Numbered from the stretch's first letter, positions 37,701 to 51,727 are shown. The stretch is DNA of 64,000 nucleotides from Thalia democratica (GCA_965202585.1 OZ241828.1:66030001-66094000); one strand, 5' to 3'. The notes: generated by a model from the letters alone, not told the origin. A program made the numbers and translations.

Positions 37701-40361
37701 GTAGGCATAAGTTCTAAAAACTTTTATTTTTTTACAAAACTGATCGTAAATTTTGATAAATAAAGCTTTTAAAGTTAGACTTGTTGCTTTTTCTATAATA
37801 AATTATTAATATTTTTATATCGTTAAATTTACTAATTAGTTTTAAAAACTGTCTAGTTTGCAAAGAATTTTTTGAAACCTAGTTCAACTTAATTTTCTTC
37901 ACCTTAAAATGTACCGGATTAATAATCTATATTTAAAAGTATTTTTACACTTAGCAAAAATTTCATTATATACTCTCTTTTACTTTTTTGAGTATATTTA
38001 TTAAAAAATGATTCATACTTGTTGTAAGCATCAAGTCGAATATTAGATTAAGTACTTTATATTTAAATGTTTTCACACTAGTTATAAAACATTTAAACAC
38101 ATAATATTTTACGAAATATCTTTATTGTACAATTAAGCTTACATTAAGTATGCTCTAAAATTAAATAATTCACTGCGCAAAAGTTTTTTAACTTAAAGTA
38201 CGTTAGTTTATCTTAAAAAATTCAATGCATTAAACATATTTAAGTTAGAGTTAATTTATTACCAAATAGGTCATCATCTTAACGCGCTATAACATTAAGC
38301 AGAGTTTTTCAGCCTAATTGTAATTCATTGAAATAAATAATATTTTTTATTATCTTTCTACATGTAAATACCTACTTACTTTACTTTCTAGCAAGCTCAT
38401 TTATTTTAAGCATTTACGTCAATTATTTTTATCAAGATTGTTGGTTTATCTCAGTTACTTTTAATTGTGATAAATCTTAATTTCTAGTTTTTAGCTTTCA
38501 GGTCAAGGTTTCTTAATAATAGCTTTTTATTAAATTCAAAAAGTATTCGCGTCAACATTTTACGTTTTTTTAAATTCAAAAAAATATAAAGTATAAAACA
38601 AGCATACTTTATAAACAGTTCATAGAATTGGTAGAAAAACACAAACTTTGTCAATAAAAAGTAAATTGAATCCTATAGGGTTTTCATTAAATAAAAAAAA
38701 CAACATCTTTGTCTTACGGCAGTTAAAACTTCTAAAAAAGCTTATTTTGAATTACTACTAATAATTAATTCTAGTAAAAATTAATCTTCTTTTTGCAAAC
38801 TAAACACTAACTAGTTTACATAAAGTTAGTCTAATAAGTTAGATTATGTTTATAATATAAAAACATTTATTTACTTCAAAAACTGACAGATAAATAGAAA
38901 GTGCACTTAAAACTTCACATTTTTATCAACTTATATTGTGAAGATTTTAGGTTTCCTTCAAAAAAAGTAACATTAATGAAGCATAAAAAAAAAGAGTAAT
39001 GTTACTTAAGAAAGGTTTAAATGATCGAACTTAAATCCATTGCTTAAATTAGTATTTGACGATTCATATAAATGTACTAAAAATTAGTACAACTAGATGA
39101 AAAATATGTTGGTTGGTTGTTATATTTTGCTTTATTTGTAGAAAGTATGTGTGTTAATTAAGTTTTGTAGATGCTGCTAAAAAAAAAATAATTAGAGTTT
39201 CGAGAAAAAAATAGTTTCATTTATTTTGTTAAAACTTGTACAACACTAGTTTTGAAATAATAAAAAAAGAAAACGATGAAAAGAAAACAAAATCAGGTAA
39301 AATATTACAGCTATATTTAGTGAAATTTTCAATACACTATTAAAAACCCCCTTTTATCATAAAATAAACAATAAATAACAAATTTCTTTACAAACCCCAG
39401 AATGCATAGAGTTATTATACAAATTTCCGTATATGGCACCTAAGTATTTTTTTATAATCTTCAAAACAAATAAAATATTATCAAAAGTGAGTGACATGTT
39501 CTCATAACCAACAAGCCTAAATTTAAAGTTAGCAACTCTTGCCTTTGCTGTTTTACTAAATATTTCCACTTTTTATCTAGAATCGCAAAAATATCAAACT
39601 TTTAAATTTCTAATTTAGACTGACATTTTTAGGTGTTAGTTTATAGTGATTGATTATTAAAATTTCTTCTACAAAAGTGTTTTAAATCCTGTAGGGTTCT
39701 CGCTATCTGTGTTCATATAGCAATTAATAAAAAATAGTAAGTTTTACTTACAGTAACTTTTAGTTCCAAACAGTAAGTTGTTATTAATTACTTAAAAATC
39801 ATTCTACTTATAGCTAAAGTTCTTTGTTTTACACAAACAATACAGAATTTATAAAAGTACGGCTAATTTTATTAATAACATAAATCTAATAAATAGATCT
39901 TAAACAACAGTTTTTTATCTCCCATTATGATCTTTAGATAATTTTTAAAAACAAAGTTTCTCCGTCCATTTTAAATAAAGTGATATTTATTCCATTTAGT
40001 TTTTCAAGTTAATTTTGTAATATCTGGATCTGAGATATTTTTAATGTTTATTTAAACAAGTAAATATCTGTTTAAAAAAATTTTCATTAGTTATAACGTT
40101 TTCAATAAGTAATACTTTGACGACTTGTTCTTTGATATAAAAACAATTAAACTAATAGATTAACTAAAAATCATACTAATAATAATTTGTGGAGTTATGT
40201 AGTTTAAAAATAACTATATCGTACTTAAACCTCACTAAAAAGATACAATAATCATAATACTTATGCATAGTTTTAGATGAGGCTTAAACATAAACACAAT
40301 TTTTTGTTGTAGTTCAAAGTACTAATTTATCATTTCTAAATTCTGTTGACTAATAACTATT
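34795..40361 (+). repeat. Unit A of a ~5.85 kb direct tandem segmental duplication containing RING copy 4
   Basis: Continuous colinear similarity with 40635-46229; anchor offsets 5840 (34801/40641), 5855 (37136/42991), 5870 (40261/46131). Confidence 0.95.
36784..37717 (+). CDS. RING family copy 4, intact, join(36784..36813,37136..37717), 203 aa; putative E3 ubiquitin ligase
   Basis: First exon MENLFIKHYM|GTTAGC, acceptor ATCAG at 37135, phase 0, 322-nt intron. RING CAIC-x14-C-DGQ-H-NF-C-QV-C-x10-CPIC. AATAAA at ~37759. Confidence 0.9.
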
Positions 40362-40634
40362 GACGGATCTATATATAACAGTTCTATTCTATCGCTTACT
40401 TCCGTGTTGGTTACTGTTTCTCTACTTTTACCAGACACCATAAAGTTTTCGTGATCCACACCCGCCTCGCGGTCGGGTGTGGGATCCGGGTCACCATATT
40501 GTCGGCTCTATCGACCGGCTTGCTCTGATTGACCGGTTTGGTCCACGTGCAAAGAGTGAGGATCAACGGCTGGGTTTGTCACTGCCTCGCTCGTCGATGC
40601 CGTGAGTCTTTTTTGGATACCCTGCTCTTTTTAC

Positions 40635-43600
40635 CGTTTACTACAGTGCGTTCCGCCGCTGCCTAAAATTACTTGTATGTTCTCCTTTGATTTATATTTA
40701 GCACTCATAATAAGATCTTAGTTAGTCACAACGCTGATTAAAAGCTTTGTTAATTAAATTTCAAAATTGCTAGATTTGTGAACAACGCCTATTTTGTTTA
40801 ACAACTACGTTTATTTAAAAATTACTTTATGTTAAATTTGCTTAATTTAATTAAGTTTTGGTAGTTTTAAGAGCTGCTTGTACTAAACTAAAACCTTGTT
40901 CATATGTCATAACAAAAGTTTATGATATTCAAACTTATGTAAAATCAAGAGATGTTTACAAAACTACCAAATTGTTTTAAATATACTAAAACGAACACTA
41001 CGAGAAACAGTATAAAGCTACAAAAATAATACAAAAAGAAACTTTCAAAATGAAAACAGAATGTGCTTTTCCGAGTGGCTGCAAACTGAGTGTCGTTTCG
41101 CCACAAAGATTCAAGAAGTAAACAAAATGGATAAAGCAACTGATTAATATAACGACTCACTAAGGCTAACCGCAGCAGAGTATTATATATTTACACATTT
41201 ACTCCATTTAGCATTTTTAATTGAAAAACAGATTGCAAATTAGCATGAATTTTAATTCTTAAGCAAGCTTTTAAAAGTTCTATTTCTGTATAAAATTCTA
41301 ATTATTTTACAATTTGAATTTTGTTACAGTTTAATGTAAGGCAGGGTTTTAAAATTTTCATAGTGGTCAACTCGGACAAAAATTGAAAAAAAAAACGAAC
41401 CTAACCTTCTTTTAGATATTACAACTAACCATTCATATTTTGTACAAATAACATTATATACTAGTTATTAACTTTTTTTTAAACCATCTTGAAATTTTTT
41501 CAGTACTAAAATTAAACTGATGATTTAAAATATTTGTACCTTGCCCGTTTAAGATAAAAATTTTACTAACTGTTTTTAAAATATAGCTCAACAACAGTTT
41601 ATAAAAATTATTAAAATTATTATTAAATTGTTTAGTACTTTACCTTCAGAGCTTAGGATAACATTGAGCTTTAATTTTTAAAAATAAATAAAAATTAAAA
41701 TAACACAATTCTATAAACATCTTAGTTGAAATATATTTATTTTAACAAATTTGATTTTCTCTGCTACATAAGAGTCTTTATTATAATCTCAAAAGCACTT
41801 ATATTAGACGGTTCAAAGTTGAATACTTATTAAAACCTCAATTTTGAATTTTAAGTTTTAAAAGTAGTGTTTAGTTCATTATAACTATTGAAAGGTATAG
41901 TGTAATTGTAATCGACCGAAATATTTACAATCTATTAAATATTTTGTAGTCAATTATAAGTATTATAGGATTTTTTTATAATTTTACATAAATTAGTCTA
42001 CAATTTATGATTATTAAATGAAGATAAATAATTTTTTAAAATTTAGTAAGATTTTTATTTTTAATAATATTATCATTTAAGCTAAATTTAAATTCAAAAT
42101 ATAAATAGACTTTTTAAATACTTTAGTAAAATTTGTTTTGATAACATTTTATTATTTTAATAATTAACTTTTGTTTATATTTTGTGGATACTTATTCAAA
42201 TAAGCGGTTTTTATCTCATAATATTATTTCTTGTACTTCTAAACATTAGTTTTTACTTTTTTTTTGTTTTTAAGCGTTTTTTTTAAGATAAGGAAACTTA
42301 TGGTTTATTATTCTTATTATAAATTTTTGTTTTGTTATTAAAAATTGCTATTAAATCAGATATAAAAAGTTTTTAGATTTGTTAATGTCAATAAAAAAGT
42401 TTGTTACAATCTTTAAATCTTTATAAAAAGTTTAACTTATAAAAATAAGTTTTGTTTCAGTATTTATTTTAGCTAGTTCACTATTTTTATTATCATGGAT
42501 TTAAAAAGTGAAATATATCACAATAATAAGCTGAAAATTTATCAAAACAAATTGAATAATGTTAGTGTTTTTGTTTAGTAAATCAATTTTTTTTAACAGC
42601 TTACTAGACTAAAGCATAAAAAACAAATATGGAAAATCTGTTCACCAAACACTACATGGTTAGTTTTAAATTTTTCTCATACTAAGTTTGTAAACAAAAT
42701 AATTAAAAATAAAGTCTATATAAGAAATTTATAAGTTGATATATTTTTGCTTTCATTGTAAACTTGAAATGTATTGTACTTTTCCTTAGTTAATAGTCCA
42801 AGCAATACGCTTTTAAACAACATATAATATAGACATATTTTTGATAAATACACTTAATACATGCAAAATGAATGTATTTTATTACTTAAATTAATAAAAG
42901 TGTAATTAAAACTTATAAATACTTTAAGCATCTCAAATTTTTTTTATTTAACTTGAAAGTTAAATTAAATTAAGTATATTTTATTATCAGAAGTTCATCG
43001 TGAATTCTAAAGAAGAACTTGAGCACCAATACGAGTTATGGCAGTATACGATTGACGGTAGAATGGTAAATAAAAAATCGTGGTATAAAATCTTGGACTT
43101 TGCTGAAGCAAATAGGAAAAACCTTGAAAGAAAAATTCAAAAAGTTATTAGTGATCTTAGCCTAGAAAAAAATGTGCATAAAGAAATTTTGAAAACATTA
43201 GAGGAACAACTTTATCAATTTAAAGTTGAACTGAACAAAAACTTTGACAATTTTTATAATCAGGTTCTTCAACAGTTCTTTGAAATTGTGCCAAGTATAA
43301 GGAATATGATATTATCACCCGAAATACCCATTAACTACTACGATTTTAAACAACATCGAGGTCTGACTATTCAGAGAATTCAGCAGTTCGAAAAATTTCA
43401 AGCTGACGAGACATATGTTGGTGATCAGTGTGCGATATGCATGGAAGACATTGGAATTGGTAGAAATATGATGCGTCTTAATTGTGATGGTCAGCACTAT
43501 TTCTGTCAAGTTTGTACTGAAAAATGGTTTGCTAACATGAGTACATGCCCCATTTGTAGGCACAAGTTTTAAAAACTTTTATTTATTTACAAAACTGATC

Positions 43601-46229
43601 GTATATTCTTATAAATTAAGCTTTTAAAGTTAGACTTGTTGCTTTTTCTATTATAAATTAATAATATTTTTATATCGTTAAATTTACTAATTAGTTTTAA
43701 AAACTGTCTAGTTTGCAGAGCCTTTTTTGAAACCTAGTTTAGCTTATTTTTCTACACCTTAAAGTATACTGGATTAATAATCTAAATTTAAAAGTATTTT
43801 TACAATTAGCAAAAATTTCATTATATACTCTATTTTATTTTTTGACTCTATTTAATAAATTTGTTTCATACTAGTTGTAAACATCTAGCCGAATATTAGA
43901 TTAAGTACTCTATATACAAATGTTTTCACACTAGTTATAAAATATTTAATTACATAATACTTCACGAAATATCTTTATTGTACAATTTAGCTTACATTAA
44001 GTATGCCCGAAAAAATAAAAAACTGACTGCGCAAAAGTTTTTTATCTAAAAGTACGTTAGTTTATTTCAAAAATCTAACAATGCATCAAACATACTTAAG
44101 TTAGAGTTAATTTATTACCAAATAGGTCATCATCTTAACGCGCTGTAACATTAAGCAGAGTTTTTCTGCCTAATTGTAATTCATTAAAATATTTTTTTTT
44201 ATTATCTTTCTACATGTAAATACCTACTTACTTTACTTTCTAGCTAGCTCATTTATTTTAAGCATTTACGTCAATTATTTTTACCAAGATTGTTGGTTTA
44301 TCTCAGTTACTTTTAACTGTGATAAATCCTAATTTCTAGTTTTTAGCTTTCAGGTCAAAGTTTCTTAATAATAGCTTTTTTTTTAATTCAAAAAGTAATC
44401 GCGTCAACTTTTCACGTTTTTTTTAATTCAATAAAATATAAAGTATAAAATAAGCATACTTTTTAAACAGTACACAGGGGTTAGTAAAAAACACAAACTT
44501 TGTCAATAAAAAGTAAATTGAATCCTGTAGGATTTTCATTAAATGAAAAACAACATCTTTGTCTTACGGCAATTAAAACTTCTAAAAAAGCTTATTTTGA
44601 ATTAATACTAATAATTAATTCTAGTTAAAATTAATCTTCTTTTTGCAAACTAAACACTAACTAGTTTACATAAAGTTAGTCTACTAAGTTAGATTATGTT
44701 TATAATATAAAAACATTTATTTATTTCAAAAACTGACAGATAAATAGAAAGTGCACTTAAAACTTCACATTTTTATCAACCTATATTGTGAAAATTTTAG
44801 GTTTCCTTCAATAAGAATAACATTAATGATTCTAAGAAAAAGAGTAACGTTACTTAAAAAAGGTTTAAATGATCGAACGTAAATCCATTGCTTAAATTAG
44901 TACTTGACGATTCATTTAAATGTATTAAAAATTAGCACAACTAGATGAAAAATATGTTGGTTGGTTTTTAGATTTTGCTTTATTTGTAGAAAGTAGTGTG
45001 TTAATTTAGTTTTGTAGATGCTGCTAAGAAAAAAAAAAAATTAAGTTTCGAGTAAAAAATAGTTTCATTTATTTTGTTAAAACTTATACAACACTAGTTT
45101 TGAAATAATAAAAAAAAAACGATGAAAACAAAACATCAGGTTAAAATTTACAGCTACATTGAGTGTAGTTTTCAATACACTATTTTAAATCCCCCTTTCC
45201 TTCATAAAATAAACAATAAATAACCAATTTCTTACTTACCCCAGAATGCATAGTGTTATTATATAAGTTTCCGTAAATGACACATAAGTATTTTTTTTTT
45301 TAAATCTTAAAAACAATTCAAATATTATCAAAAAAGAGTGACATGTTCTCAGAACCAACAAGCTAAAATTTAAAGTTAGCAGCTCTTGCCTTTGCTGCTT
45401 TACTAAATATTTCCACTTTTTAACTAGAATCGCAAAAAAGTGCAATATCAAACTTTTAAATTTCTACTTTAGACTGACATTTTTTCGTGTTAGCTTATAG
45501 TAATTGATTATTAAAAATGAATTTCGTCTACAAAAGTGTTATAAATCCTGTAGGGTTCTCCTCTGTTTTCATAAAGAAGTTGAAAAAAAAACCGTATATT
45601 TTACTTACAGTAACTTTTAGTTCCAAAAAGTAAGTTGTTATTAATTACTTAAAAACCATTCTACTAATAACTAGAGTTCTTTTTTTTACACAAAACAATA
45701 CAGAAGTTATAAAAAGTACGGCTAATTTCATTAATAACACAAATCTAATAAAAAAACCATAATTAACAGTTTCTTATCTCCCACAATGATCTTTAGATAA
45801 TTGTTAAAAACAAAGTTGCTCCGTCCATTTTAAATAAAAGGATATTTATTCCATTTAGTTTTTCAAGTTAATTTTGTAATATCTGGATCTGAGATATTTT
45901 TAATGTTTATCAAACAAACAAATATCTTTTAAAAATTTTTTTCACTACTTATAACCTTTTGAATAATTAATACTTTGACGATTTGTTGTTTTGATATAAA
46001 AAAGTTAAACTAATAAATTAACTAAAAATTATACTAATAGTATTTTGTGGAGTTATGAACTACTTGACAAATATTTCAAAGAACTATATTTCATTTCAAC
46101 CTCACTAAAAAGATACAATAATCATAATACTTATGCATAGTTTTAAATGAAGCTTAAACATAAACAGATTTTTTTAAAATTGTAGATCAAAATACTAAAT
46201 AATCATTTCTAAAATCTATAATAACTATT
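40635..46229 (+). repeat. Unit B of the ~5.85 kb tandem segmental duplication containing RING copy 5
   Basis: Colinear with 34795-40361 across intergenic, intronic and coding sequence. Confidence 0.95.
42629..43572 (+). CDS. RING family copy 5, intact, join(42629..42658,42991..43572), 203 aa; putative E3 ubiquitin ligase
   Basis: First exon MENLFTKHYM|GTTAGT, acceptor ATCAG at 42990, phase 0, 332-nt intron. The GTG at 43000 is an internal Val in this model. All eight RING ligands present. Confidence 0.9.
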
Positions 46230-46999
46230 AAACTTTAAAATTAAAATGCTTTTAAATACACAACAAAGATTTTATAGCGCTTTTAAATTAAAAATAAAAC
46301 AAACCTACTAAAACTGTAAGTGTATTAACTTAGTTTGATTTTATTGTTTTAATTTGTTGTTTTAAAAGTATAAATTTTAAACGTGTTTTTTCAGATAAAA
46401 TTTATCAAGTGCCTGCATTTTCAAAAATAACACTTTTTTAAAATTTGAATAAATATTAAATCTTTTTAGAAGAATATCGAAATTTAAGGTTTGATAATAA
46501 AATTAAACAACAAAACATATGTTAAACCTCTAAGATTATTACAAATTTGTTTCTGATAATTTTTTTACTCTGCTATTTTGTCAATTGCATTGTTTTTAAA
46601 TTTAAAAAGTACTGCGAATTGGTATTTGATTCAATACTTATTATCAAGTTTCGACTAAAAAAATCATCACTTCAATTTAAATATAAAAAGATGAACTTAA
46701 GTTTGAAACCAGTATAGTGATCTAACTATATGAGCTTTGTTTTAGCTAACAACATCACGTTTTATTTTACACTCTTGAATATAATCTAACTTTATTTGCT
46801 TTCGTAATATTTTATTATAAGCATACTTTATTTAGAAGAAAATAATTTTGAAACTAAAAATTATAAACTAAAAATATTTATTTATATAAGTATTTATAAT
46901 TTATTATCAACTGTATAAGTACCATTGTGCTTTTATTATTAAAAATATTGACTATAAAAAGTAATGTTTTTTTTTTAAAGAAATAATTCTGCATTAATT

Positions 47000-48530
47000 A
47001 AAAAATATTTGTTTTTTTTATCTACTAAGTTCTAACTGAATAAAGAAAAAAACAGTTTACGTGGTCTAAAAGTAAAAAAAAATCTTTTTTAATCCTGAAA
47101 AAAGTTTTAAAATTTTAGTAGAGCAGAAGCTTGACTATTTAAAAATATAAGACTAATGACTATAATACTAGTGCTTAATGTTAACAATTTAAGGAAAATA
47201 CAGTAGTTTTCTTAATTCTTTTAAGTCGGGATGATTAATTATTTTAAAATGTATACCTATCTATGGTAAAAGTGTTTAAATTTAGTAACTTTTTAAGGCA
47301 AAATTTCACTACATATAAACAATGTTGCCATAAAACCTGATATCCTGGAAAAACTTGGAGTTTGAAAATCTAGGCTAAAAACTTGAAAAAATCTGGACTT
47401 TTAAACAACTTTTGAAATTAAAAAAAAAATTATGTATTCACACGAAATATTTGTAATGTAGATAATAACTTTCGTCATCATCACCAAACCTTAAAGAAAC
47501 ACATTAAAAGTAACTTTTAGTATCTGTTCAATGTTGTTATACTACTTTTAACAGTTTATAACTTAATCTTAGCTTTAAATTAAAATTAGACCCAAAGTTT
47601 TTTACTTAAAAAAACCAAGAAAAAATTCTAAAATCTGGAAGAAGTTTCTCAAAAACAAGTTGCAACTTTGATAGTTTCAATTATTTGGTTATCTATTTTT
47701 TAATCGTTTTTACTTAAAACTAGTAGAAGAAAACTCAAAAAAACTCAAGAAATTTTTACAAATCGATCTGTGGCAACCTTGTTTAGTGGTTTTTTTTTTT
47801 ACAAAAATTAACATTATAACTTAATGATATCAAAATGTATAAAGTTTAATTCAGTTGTTAAAAAAAGAATATTTTGATAAAATTTTAATTTATTATCTTA
47901 TATTTTTAGTTAACTTTAGTTTAAAACAAACTTAATAAAAATTGTAGTAATTGTTGTATATAAGCTAATTTTTTTTGGAGATTTGAAGAATAAAGTACTT
48001 TTTTAAATGTAAACTAGTGGATGCATTAATTATTTTCTACAGTCTACTTAAATGTGCTTATTTTTCACTAATTTTCAGTAAATACAGAATAACCATAGAC
48101 AATAAGACTTAAAGTTGCCAAAAAAACTTGCAATCCTGAAAACAAATAGGAAAAACTCAAACTTCGACAATTTGTGCTAAAGAAAACACGAAAAGTTTGG
48201 AAATTCGCTTTAAAAAATTAAGCAAAAATCACTTTAAAACCTTAAACTATATTTAGTTTTCTCATTTAAAGTATTGAAATTTTTATTTATCACAAAACAT
48301 CTATCATTTATTTATTTATTTTCATTGTATTTTTGATGTCTTGGTCAAGTAGTTCAATTTAAACGATATTTTTTGTTACCAATCAAGCTTAAAGCTTTAA
48401 AAAATAAAAACAAAGTAAACAAAAAAGAAAATATTAAAATAAAAAACATACAGGATTCTGCTTTAAATAAGCAAAATTTATAAAGCTATGGCTCTTTAAT
48501 AGATAAAGTGTTTATTTACATAAGTTGTTT
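47000..48530 (+). repeat. Second copy of the composite repeat at 21480-23290
   Basis: Same ordered blocks as 21480-23290, visibly diverged. Boundaries approximate. Confidence 0.6.
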
Positions 48531-48689
48531 TTTTTTTAATTAAGTTTAGTTTGCTTTAAATAAGTTTATAAAAATAAAATCGTCAGTTTTATTTACATTT
48601 ACATCTTTAATATAAATTTTAAGCAAGTTCTCAGTGGCCACTCAGAATGTTTTTGAAGTTTTCAAAATCTCAGAATAGACCAAGTAAAC

Positions 48690-49710
48690 TCAGGTTTAAT
48701 TAAATAAGAATATGCAGTTGAAACGAAAATGTTGTAAACAAACTTTGTTCGTTTGAGTAATGTTTAAAAAAAATCTACAGCAAGATTATAGGTTAAAAAG
48801 CAAATTAATGTTTTCAGAATAACTTGATAAAACATTTCATCAATTAGAAATGTAAGGTTGAGTTTACAATAGTTTAACATTCTAAGAACAAACAGAAACT
48901 TTATTGGCTGCATATTTTATTAGGAAGTAAGTAATGCTTTAAACTTATACTTTTTCTACTAATTATATAAAACAAAATCTGTTATTTAAAAATTTTTTTA
49001 TTAGTTTTAGTTTTTTATTACTGTTTTTGCAAAAATTGCTGTTTTAAAGGCTGAACAATTTTTGCTGTTCTACAGACTTAACATTTGGTGATATTGATAT
49101 TAATTTAAAATAAAATAAACTTAACTAAAAAACAAAATTTATTTTAATCTTTTTTCAAACTTGTAAAAACGTATAAGTTACTCAACAAGGTATTAAATTG
49201 AAAATATCGTGACCAATAGATTTTGACATTTATACACTCAAACATATTTGCACACAAAGTATTTATTTTGAAAGTTAAGGAGAAACGTTTTTTGTTCAGA
49301 AAAATTTAAATGTTAATTTCTTTTTTTCACAAGAAACATATAGATATTATTTTACAATATTAATGATAAAAAAACTAATTCAGTGGCAAGCGATTTAAAC
49401 TAAATATTTGAAACTATTTGTTTTTTTTTCGCAAAAAATGACGTTTACACAAATATTTAGTTTTTATACGAACAAAAATTTTTTCAATTAGTTTTAAATT
49501 ATAACGATGTTAATTAATCGCTAATAGCTTGTTAAATGTTGCTTACCAGATTTATAGTTAGCAATTATATAACTATTTTTTTGTTTTAAAAAAATAATAG
49601 TTGTTAACCAACAAAATTTTTGTTTCGCAGCTAATGTGGGTCTGTAAACACAAAGAAATTTCTAAATATTGAGAGTGTATTTTTATTTAATTCAGTATAA
49701 AAAAGCTAGT
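48690..49710 (+). repeat. Old duplicated or dispersed sequence matching ~55980-56160 and ~57490-57960
   Basis: aagaatatgca.gt.gaaacg...cagcaaga.tataggttaaaaag...aacatttcat.aattagaa is shared with 55980-56150; tcaaacatatt...ttttacaatatt...gcagctaatgt...gagag.gtatttttatt is shared with 57490-57960. Confidence 0.65.
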
Positions 49711-49755
49711 ATTATATTTCAATTTATTACGGCTTCATGTTATAACGGCTAAAGT

Positions 49756-49920
49756 ATTCGGATTCGGATACGAATTGGGCTGGGTCGAAATTTCAAAATT
49801 TTTATTCAAAAGGTTCGGGTTCGGATTTAAGGATACGAATTTGGCCGAATCCTCGTTTAAAAATAAGACTCGAATACAGACCCGGCCGAATCAAAAACAT
49901 TTGGATTCAGTAGGTCACTA
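49756..49920. mobile_element. Probable hAT-type MITE remnant
   Basis: GC-enriched patch with TTCGG motifs on the left, CCGAAT motifs on the right, ending ggattcagtaggtcacta. Resembles subterminal repeats of non-autonomous hAT elements; left end not recognisable. Confidence 0.4.
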
Positions 49921-50782
49921 CTATTAGTATAATATGTAATGTATAATTTAGTGCTTAAAGACAGTATTTATATTATCAATTAGCAATTGAAAATAATTTA
50001 TAAATGTACATTTAATTTTGTAGTATGGTAGTTAGAGTCTTAGCTATGTTTAGTTTAAATACTTAAACATTGTGGATTTTGTTATATTGGCAGAACTTAT
50101 GAGTAGATAAAGTCTCCTCTGATTATAAAAGTTTTGAAATTAGAGCTTTGTTGTTCTGTTAGTATTTAGATTATTTGATAATCTTTAATTTATAATCAAT
50201 ATTTTCACATATTTTAATTTACTAAATGTACATAGAGAAGTTAAGTTGAAGAGCTATCAAGCTCGTTTTGCATATATTCTTTGCTAAGCAAATATTTTAT
50301 TTTCGTTTCATCAATAAACGTCTTTTATTTTAAAAAATGTAAAATGTTAAAAAAAATTGAGATGATTACATTACAACTAAATTTTAAAGTAAAAAAATTA
50401 CTTTTTTGTTGATACATTTTATGAATTAAAACATTAATATATTGAAAAAAGTTCTGTAAATAAAACTTAATTGGATACTATAAAATATTATGTACCTGTT
50501 TTTATCTAGTTTAATACTAGAAAATGAACGAGAGTTTATACTGGTTTTATTAATTAATGTTATATCTATTCTAAAATTTTATGGATAAATAGTATAATTT
50601 AAACGTTTTATAGTAAAGTACTAATGCATTAAAGCTGTTTATTTCTTTCATTGCTTTTTTTAATAACACAATACTTGGCTGAAAATTTACCAAAATATTT
50701 AATAAATTTATGTTAGCAAAATTTAATTTTACATAGATTTTACATTAAATAAATAAACCAAAATTCTGTGGATTCAACAGAT

Positions 50783-51727
50783 ATGCAGCAGAGTAGAACT
50801 GATTATTACAAGGTTAGCTACAAATGTTACACATGATATATTTATAAAAAAAAATACACAGAGTAAAACAATTGATAATCGTTTTTACTCTGATATGTTT
50901 TTGCGTACACTGTATAGCTTCAAAAGTACTAATTTTTTCACCTCAGCTTTTTAACACAAACAATATGTTTTTAAACAATTTATAAAAAAATTTATCAAAA
51001 AATTAAAATTTTTATCAAAATAAAAGCTTGATAAATGAAAAACGATTATATTTACTACTTATATTGAAAAAATATATATAATTTATTAATACCTCAAAAA
51101 AGTTAAAAGTTTCAAGAAGTTATTTAGTGTTTTTTTTTTTATTAAGAGGTAAACCTGGGGTTGAAAGAAAAACTTGAGCACCAATAAAAGTCATTGCAGT
51201 ATATAATTGGCAATAGAGTGGTAAATAAAAAATCATGGTATAAAATTTTGGACTTTGCTGAAGCAAATAGGAAAAACCTTGAAACAAAAATTCAAAAAGT
51301 TCTAATGGATCTTAGCCTAGAAAAAAATGTGTATGAAGAAATTTTGAAAACTTTAAAGGAAAAACTTTATCAATTTAAAGTTGAACTGAGCAAAACCTTA
51401 GACAATTTTTATGATCAGTTTCTTCAACAGTTCTATAAAATTGTGCCAAGTATAAGGAATATGCTATTTTCACCCGTAATACCAATTAATGACTCCTATT
51501 TTGAACAACAACGAGGTCTGAATATTCAGAGAATTCAGCAATTCGAAAGATTTCAAGCTGACGAGACATATGTTGGTGATCAGTGTGCGATATGCATGGA
51601 AGACGTTGGAATTAGTAGAAATATGATAGGTTTTGATTTTGATGGTCAGCACAATTTCTGTCAAGTTTGTGTTGAAAAATGGTTCGCTAAAATGAATACA
51701 TGCCCCATTTGTAGGCACAAGTTTTAA
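50783..51727 (+). pseudogene. RING family copy 6, join(50783..50812,~51149..51727); disabled
   Basis: First exon MQQSRTDYYK|GTTAGC. In-frame TAA at 51185-51187 (TAC in copies 4/5), conserved Trp changed to Leu, third RING Cys changed to Phe (FDFDGQH). The 3' flank matches copies 4/5 up to ~51892. Confidence 0.85.

Noticed and set aside
31468-41523. Other CTGATGA heptamers (31468, 41517, and minus strand near 21173) as hammerheads
   Set aside because: No stem II hairpin followed by GAAA and a closable stem III/stem I.
43000-43002. GTG as a non-canonical start or lost start of copy 5
   Set aside because: The upstream exon 42629-42658 supplies an ATG in frame.
14424-51718. Recurrent minus-strand ORFs over RING exons (14424-14909, 37460-37708, 43315-43563, 51470-51718; also 14133-14354)
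   Set aside because: Antisense shadows of the conserved sense frame; no independent motif or splice support.
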